Origin: Candidatus Latescibacterota bacterium
Lineage (GTDB): Bacteria; Latescibacterota; UBA2968; UBA8231
Direction: 5' to 3'
Assembly: GCA_963422735.1 (NCBI GenBank)
Contig: OY730476.1
Span: 1,088,001 to 1,152,000 of the forward strand
DNA: 64,000 bases
The translations under genes were made by a program, and so were the position numbers. Positions 59,552 to 64,000 of the stretch are shown one piece after another (positions within the stretch are counted from its first letter, which is position 1; every line of letters begins with the position of its first letter). Under the pieces are notes generated by a model. It did not search any database. It saw nothing but the letters and a program-made list of their open reading frames with translations, and was not told where the DNA came from.

Positions 59552-60624
59552 GCGTTGCACCAAATAAAATCGCCGCTGCTCGCGCTGCCCTCGACGCCCA
59601 TGTCCGCGCCATCATCGAGTGGCACTTCAGCCCCGAGACCGGCTGCCCATTTTGGCTCTCCTACGCGCAACAGTTCGACTTCGACCCGCGCGAGAAAATC
59701 CGCTCCTACGCCGACTTGGCCCTACTCGGCCATTTTGAGGACGAATGGCTGCGCGGCGGCCCGGTGCGCCAGTGGGTGCCCAAAGCCTATGCCGACGAGC
59801 CGATCTATGTCTTCGAGACCGGTGGCTCGACCGGCCTGCCCAAATACCGCATCAACATCCGCGACTTCCAAACCGACTACGCGCTCTACAGCGAGAGTCT
59901 GTCCGAGGAGGGTTTTCCCATCGGGGCCGACTGGCTGATGCTGGGGCCTTCGGGGCCGCGCCGCCTGCGCCTTGCCATCGAGTACCTAGCCCAGCTACGC
60001 GGCGGCTTGTGCTTTCTGGTGGATCTCGACCCGCGTTGGGTCAACGAACTCATCCGCGTCGGCAAAATGCGCGAGCTGGAAGCCTACAAAGCCCATGTCG
60101 TCGATCAGGCGCTCAAGGTCCTCAAGGCCCACGACAACGTGCAGTGCGTCTTCACTACCCCCCGCCTCCTCGAAGCCCTCTGCGAAAAAGTCTCCCTGCC
60201 CAAACTCGGGATTAAGGGAATCTTCTGCGGCGGCACGGAAATGACCGCCCAGTTCCACCGTTTCGCGCACGAGGAGTTGGTGCCCGGCCTCGCCTTTGTC
60301 CCCACCTACGGCAACACCCTAATGGGTCTAGCCTGCCCCAAGCCCTTTGACCCAGCCGATGAGTACGCTATCACTTATTATCCACCGCAGCCACGCGCCG
60401 TCATCGAACTGGTTGATCCCAAAGATCCCTCGCGTAAGGTCGGATACGGCGAGGCTGGCCAAGTCATGCTCACCACCCTGACCAAGGAATTTTTCATGCC
60501 CCGCTTCCTCGAGCGCGACGAGGCCGAACGAGCCGCGCCCGTCGACGCTTATCCTTGGGATGGCGTCAAAGACTTGCGCTTGCTGACGGAGTTGCAAGAG
60601 TCCGTGGTGGTGGGAGTGTACTGA
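59548..60624 (+). CDS. Adenylate-forming superfamily protein, EhpF / phenylacetate-CoA ligase-like
   Basis: WHFSPETGCPFW, P-loop FETGGSTGLPK, VDLDPRWV, YGNTLMG and FLERD; ATGA overlap. Confidence 0.72.
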   Translation: MSVAPNKIAAARAALDAHVRAIIEWHFSPETGCPFWLSYAQQFDFDPREKIRSYADLALLGHFEDEWLRGGPVRQWVPKAYADEPIYVFETGGSTGLPKYRINIRDFQTDYALYSESLSEEGFPIGADWLMLGPSGPRRLRLAIEYLAQLRGGLCFLVDLDPRWVNELIRVGKMRELEAYKAHVVDQALKVLKAHDNVQCVFTTPRLLEALCEKVSLPKLGIKGIFCGGTEMTAQFHRFAHEELVPGLAFVPTYGNTLMGLACPKPFDPADEYAITYYPPQPRAVIELVDPKDPSRKVGYGEAGQVMLTTLTKEFFMPRFLERDEAERAAPVDAYPWDGVKDLRLLTELQESVVVGVY

Positions 60625-60666
60625 GGTGGGAGTTCGACGCTAAAGTCATATTGAGAGAGGTACGCA

Positions 60667-60741
60667 ATGGATTATCAAAAGTACATCTACTGGCAGGATG
60701 GCGATATGTGGCTTGGCTATTAGAGCGCTATCCCGACTTCG
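60667..60741 (+). pseudogene. HicB-family antitoxin N-terminal remnant
   Basis: GAGAGG RBS; MDYQKYIYWQDGDMWLGYLERYPDF, after which similarity stops. Confidence 0.7.
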
Positions 60742-60859
60742 GAGGCGCGTACTCTCTCCAGTCATCAAGTGTCAACAAACGCCGAACACCCTTCCTAATG
60801 ATCCCCGAACCGATTGATGTCGCGTCTGACATAGGGTAAACCTTTTCCACCCGGTAAGG

Positions 60860-60898
60860 TTGATTTCCAGTATAGGAATGTGTATCGTCCATACACAT
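60860..60898 (+). promoter_or_regulatory. vapBC promoter with overlapping palindromic operator
   Basis: TTGATT-N17-TATCGT, with a perfect inverted repeat ATGTGTAT-N5-ATACACAT (60878-60898) over the -10. Confidence 0.7.
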
Positions 60899-60923
60899 AC
60901 TTATAGGAAAGGAGTAGGCGAAG

Positions 60924-61199
60924 GTGGCCAGAGTTCAGTTAGTGATCCCCGATGAGGATCGCGATCGCTTTGTCCATCAGGCGCGGAGCGAGGGCATGAC
61001 CTTGAGCGCGTGGCTCAGGGCCGCCGCCCGCCGACAACTCGAAGAACAGCAGCGATCCCACCCCTTTGAATCCCCGGCCGACCTCGAGAAGTTCTTCAGT
61101 GCCTGCGACGCATTGGAAGGTCCTGGGCGAGAACCGGATTGGCAAGAGCACCTAGCCGTCATCGACGAATCGCGGAAACGGGACGCATCCAAGACGTGA
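60924..61199 (+). CDS. vapB: Ribbon-helix-helix antitoxin (VapB-like)
   Basis: AAGGAG RBS; ARVQLVIPDEDRDRF...EGMTLSAWLRAAA; overlaps the vapC start. Confidence 0.78.
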   Translation: MARVQLVIPDEDRDRFVHQARSEGMTLSAWLRAAARRQLEEQQRSHPFESPADLEKFFSACDALEGPGREPDWQEHLAVIDESRKRDASKT

Positions 61200-61588
61200 T
61201 CTTTGTCGATACCAACGTCTTCATGTACGCGGTGGGCCGGCCGCATCCTCTCCGCGGTGAAGCGCGGGAATTCTTCGCCGAGTGTACCCGATCTCGCGCT
61301 CCTCTATGCACATCGGCGGAGGTGCTGCAGGAGCTAGCTCACGCCTACCTACCGGTTGCGCGAGCGCAGACACTCGATGCTGCCCTATCGCTGATCGCCA
61401 AGTCCCGCGTGGAGGTGTGGCCGCTGGAGCAGGCGGATGTCACCTTAGCGTGGCAACTCCACCAACAGCATCCCACTCTGGGTGCCCGGGACCTTTGCCA
61501 CCTAGCCAGTTGTCGCCGGCGTGGCGTGAGCGAGGTCCAAACCTTCGATCAGGCCCTCAGTGCTGTCATCGGTAGAGCTGCACAGTGA
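61196..61588 (+). CDS. vapC: VapC PIN-domain toxin
   Basis: GTG start; IFVDTNVFMY, SAEVLQE, ARDLCHLA and TFD retain the acidic active-site residues. Confidence 0.9.
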   Translation: MIFVDTNVFMYAVGRPHPLRGEAREFFAECTRSRAPLCTSAEVLQELAHAYLPVARAQTLDAALSLIAKSRVEVWPLEQADVTLAWQLHQQHPTLGARDLCHLASCRRRGVSEVQTFDQALSAVIGRAAQ

Positions 61589-61725
61589 TACTCGGCGCGA
61601 AATAACCACGCCTACATATCTCTTCGGTAGTGGCTATTGCAATGTGATTTGAGGATCGTCCTCATACGCCGAATCTATTTGAACCAGACGCTCTAAAATC
61701 AGACAGAATAACCCGAACAAATGCT

Positions 61726-62019
61726 TTAGTAACACAGTCTCTTTGATAACACCAGTGCATTCAAAACGCCTTCAGGAAAATCAGTACCAAACATGCCTTC
61801 ATCGTCCTTAATCCAGAGATGGATTCTTGGCAGTCTTTGACACAACTCCCGTATCCTATCATCAGCGAGTAGCAACTTGATTTTCTCCGGACTATTGCCT
61901 TTGATTACAACATTCTTGTCCCAAAAGCCCCTGTCAATAAATTCACCGCCTATATCGGTAGCAATCTGTGTCCAGATTTCGTCCTCGGACAGACCCAAAC
62001 TAGATCTGCGTTTACTCAT
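61726..62019 (-). pseudogene. Internally deleted DUF3137-like gene
   Basis: EDEIWTQIATDIGGEFIDRGFW is joined to VIKGNSPEKIK...IKDDEGMFGTDFPEGV; far shorter than the family. Confidence 0.6.
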
Positions 62020-62021
62020 TT

Positions 62022-62168
62022 TTTCCTCATTAAGCGTTCCGTTTAGACACCTCAACGGTTGGGGTGTCGCAGACACCCACCCCAACCGTTGGATTACAAA
62101 AAGTCTTCGACGGAGAGCTACGCGGTACACAAAAAAAGCCGAGCCCGCCCCAAAGGGCAGGCCCGGCC
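62022..62168 (-). repeat. Intergenic module copy A: terminator + TGTACCGCGTRGCT + three-box hairpin + leader/RBS
   Basis: Shares TTTAGACACCyCAACGGTTGkGGTGTC-N3-GACACC...AACCGTT and AGCyACGCGGTACAyAAAAAAAGC with copy B. Confidence 0.85.
62131..62167 (-). terminator. Rho-independent terminator
   Basis: GC-rich stem GCCGGGCCTGCCC-TTTG-GGGCGGGCTCGGC followed by T7, just after the stop at 62175. Confidence 0.85.
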
Positions 62169-62174
62169 CTCGGC

Positions 62175-62339
62175 CTACAAGCGATAAGAGTCAACCAACT
62201 CCTCCATCGCTCGATAGGCCAACTCGAGGCGGTTGTGGCACAGTTCCATCTCGTCCCTATCATTCAGGGACTCCGCTACTTGGAACTCGACCTCTTCGCG
62301 CTCAATGCACTCCGCTAGGATTTTATATTCGGCGATCAT
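62175..62339 (-). CDS. 54-aa acidic small protein (below the ORF-track cutoff)
   Basis: AGGAG RBS; MIAEYKILAECIEREEVEFQVAESLNDRDEMELCHNRLELAYRAMEELVDSYRL*; it exactly fills the space between the two modules. Confidence 0.7.
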   Translation of the reverse strand: MIAEYKILAECIEREEVEFQVAESLNDRDEMELCHNRLELAYRAMEELVDSYRL

Positions 62340-62343
62340 TGCT

Positions 62344-62515
62344 CAATCTCCTGATTAAAATTCGATTTAGACACCCCAACGGTTGTGGTGTCACCGACAC
62401 CACCATAACCGTTAGGACCCAACCTATCAGAGAGGGTTAATAGCTACTCAGAAAGAGTTGATAGCCACGCGGTACATAAAAAAAGCGGGCCCTCCCCCGA
62501 AGGGGAAGACCCGGC
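62344..62515 (-). repeat. Intergenic module copy B
   Basis: Same order of elements as copy A, with a longer variable middle holding a 21-bp tandem duplication. Confidence 0.85.
62478..62513 (-). terminator. Rho-independent terminator
   Basis: CGGGTCTTCCCC-TTCG-GGGGAGGGCCCG followed by T7 (cUUCGg loop), just after the stop at 62537. Confidence 0.87.
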
Positions 62516-62536
62516 GCATGGTTTACATTGTTACCC

Positions 62537-62950
62537 TCAAGGACCACCCAGATCATGGATGCTGATAGTGCTCATGCCCCGCACGTGCTGCAGCTTGAGT
62601 TGAACGCGCTTACCCTTGTAGCTGCGCGGGTCGAGACCGAACAGCTGCTCTAACTGCTCGCAGTGATCCTTCGAGAGCACGAAGCCCTTGCCGCCCCCTT
62701 TAAACCACAGCACCGGCTTGTCCTCCATTCTGCCGGTAGTGCGATTATAGATCTCCTCAGAGGTGATGGACTTAATCGTCAGCGTTGGTTCCTTAGAATC
62801 AAGAATGTCGCCCACCGAGTAGTAGGGCGACGAGTAATACTGCTGGGTTAGCGTTTTCTTTGAGTTTTGTGCGTAAAGCAGGATCATACTTGTAAGAATC
62901 ACGCTAATAGCGTGGAGAAGCACTCTTTCGATTGTGAAGATGCTATTCAT
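62537..62950 (-). CDS. Phage-type OB-fold / SSB-like protein, paralogue 1
   Basis: YYSVGDI...PTLTIKSITSEE...KPVLWF...KGFVLS...FG...YKGKRVQL; ATGA overlap with the upstream gene. Confidence 0.6.
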   Translation of the reverse strand: MNSIFTIERVLLHAISVILTSMILLYAQNSKKTLTQQYYSSPYYSVGDILDSKEPTLTIKSITSEEIYNRTTGRMEDKPVLWFKGGGKGFVLSKDHCEQLEQLFGLDPRSYKGKRVQLKLQHVRGMSTISIHDLGGP

Positions 62951-63171
62951 TCCTTCTGCTCCTTCTTAGACGGGTTAAGACATGCGGCTTCCTTCTCGTT
63001 GAGTTTCTCGAACTGGTTCTGCTTGGCCCGTTCGAGCACCAAGCCTTGACGGTACATAGTCCGCACCATCTCGGTCGGCTTGACGTTGGGGCCAAAGACC
63101 TGTCGAAGGAACAGCAGGTCGGGGTCGTCGAGGTCGAACGGCACCTCGACCCTAATTGCTTGGTGCGCCAT
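62947..63171 (-). CDS. 74-aa protein, possible ribbon-helix-helix regulator
   Basis: Strong AGGAGG RBS; an alternating strand IRVEVPF followed by two predicted helices. Confidence 0.55.
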   Translation of the reverse strand: MAHQAIRVEVPFDLDDPDLLFLRQVFGPNVKPTEMVRTMYRQGLVLERAKQNQFEKLNEKEAACLNPSKKEQKE

Positions 63172-63337
63172 CGGCTTCCTCCTTCCAGCCGGCCAAAAAG
63201 GCGGCATACATCCATTCGCGGTCGGGGGTCTCCCCCGTCTCGAGGTTAAGCGTGTAGCAAACGCCACACGCTTTTTCCACCGCTACAGTACGACGTGCTA
63301 GCTGATCAAACTAGCCTTGCGTCCACCGAAGGTTCAT
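63152..63337 (-). pseudogene. 61-codon ORF with in-frame TAG at codon 9
   Basis: ATG overlaps the upstream TAA; MNLRWTQG*FDQLARRTVAVEKACGVCYTLNLETGETPDREWMYAAFLAGWKEEADGAPSN. Confidence 0.55.
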
Positions 63338-63642
63338 TAGCTCTCTGCCTCTAGCTCGGCCAGCTCAGCCGCCCGGTCGGCGCCCGCCCGCTGGAAACAA
63401 TCCGCCTCGGCTATGATAGCCGGATCGTGGGTAGCCTCGGCCTCGGCCTCGTCGATTGCGGCGGCCCTTGAAGCCACCGCCAGTGCGTCGAAAGCCTCTC
63501 GGAAATCGCTAAAGCGGAGAGCACCGGAAGTGCCCAGCCGCCGGGCCCTATCTGAGCTACTTGATAGCCACTCGACACATAATCCGAGGGCGCAGTCCAG
63601 CTTCGTAAGAGCCTAGACCGGAGAGGCCGTCTGCGTACTCAT
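63337..63642 (-). pseudogene. 101-codon ORF with in-frame TAG at codon 10
   Basis: ATGA overlap with the upstream stop; MSTQTASPV*ALTKLDCALG...AAELAELEAES, otherwise open. Confidence 0.6.
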
Positions 63643-63998
63643 CTTTCATCCTCCCCTGTGTAGTGGATACGAATCGTGCTTAGGCCTTGTACGGACTGGA
63701 GCTTGAGTTGAACGCGCTTACCCTTATAGGTACGCGGATTAAGACCGAACAGGTACTCTAGCTGCTCGCATTGATCCCACGAGAGCACCAAGCCCTTATT
63801 CCCTTCGTAAAACCACAACACCGGCTTGGTCTCGGTGTGTCCAGTAATGTGGTGCTTCACCTCCTCGCGGATAATCGTTTGAATGGTCAGCGTCGGCTGC
63901 TCCGCTTCGATGTCGGCCATTGAGTAGTACTGCGACGGGTAATACGGCTGGATAAGCGATTGTACTTCGTTTCCTTTTATTGGGTTGGGCTCATATCT
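63639..63998 (-). CDS. Phage-type OB-fold / SSB-like protein, paralogue 2; 5' end outside the window
   Basis: Frame open to the window edge; YYSMADI...PTLTIQTIIREE...KPVLWF...KGLVLS...YKGKRVQLKLQ, colinear with 62537..62950. Confidence 0.6.
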   Translation of the reverse strand, partial: RYEPNPIKGNEVQSLIQPYYPSQYYSMADIEAEQPTLTIQTIIREEVKHHITGHTETKPVLWFYEGNKGLVLSWDQCEQLEYLFGLNPRTYKGKRVQLKLQSVQGLSTIRIHYTGEDER

Positions 63999-64000
63999 TA

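Noticed and set aside
62047-62416. Hairpins as canonical integron attC sites
   Set aside because: AAC...GTT ends are present, but the sites are only about 45 bp, R-box matches are imperfect, a terminator separates them from the stop codon, conservation extends to the RBS, and no integrase is visible. Kept as an unexplained module instead.
63152-63642. Genetic code 15 (TAG = Gln) for the whole right-end element
   Set aside because: Reading through the TAG at 63152 would overlap most of the next gene, and reading through the TAG at 62175 would run into a terminator.
1-64000. rRNA, tRNA, tmRNA or known riboswitches
   Set aside because: I recognised none by eye. A covariance-model scan would be needed to exclude them in 20939-21892 and 54100-54400.

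Overview
GC-rich bacterial chromosome segment. Its gene content (five PhyH/2OG-Fe(II) oxygenases, large secreted proteins with FlgD-Ig tails, a DUF6785-type transporter, Gfo/Idh/MocA and PQQ-propeller genes) resembles marine, often sponge-associated, Latescibacterota/Gemmatimonadota-like lineages; the taxon is an inference. Intact metabolic operons alternate with many deletion-collapsed remnants of defence and toxin-antitoxin genes (type III and type II R-M, vapBC, higBA-like, brnA, hicB, an ATPase+TOPRIM pair). Three non-coding or accessory structures stand out. (1) A 225-bp IS1595/ISNha5-type MITE with an 8-bp target duplication and a second partial copy; each copy carries its own separately homogenised 7-nt tandem array. 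(2) At the right edge, a phage/MGE-like small-gene operon with two SSB-like paralogues and two coupled ORFs with early amber codons, ending in two copies of a terminator + three-box hairpin + RBS module that each precede a different gene. (3) An MNT-HEPN fusion gene nested in a collapsed type III R-M operon. I recognised no rRNA, tRNA or CRISPR array. All family calls come from motif recognition by eye, with no database search.
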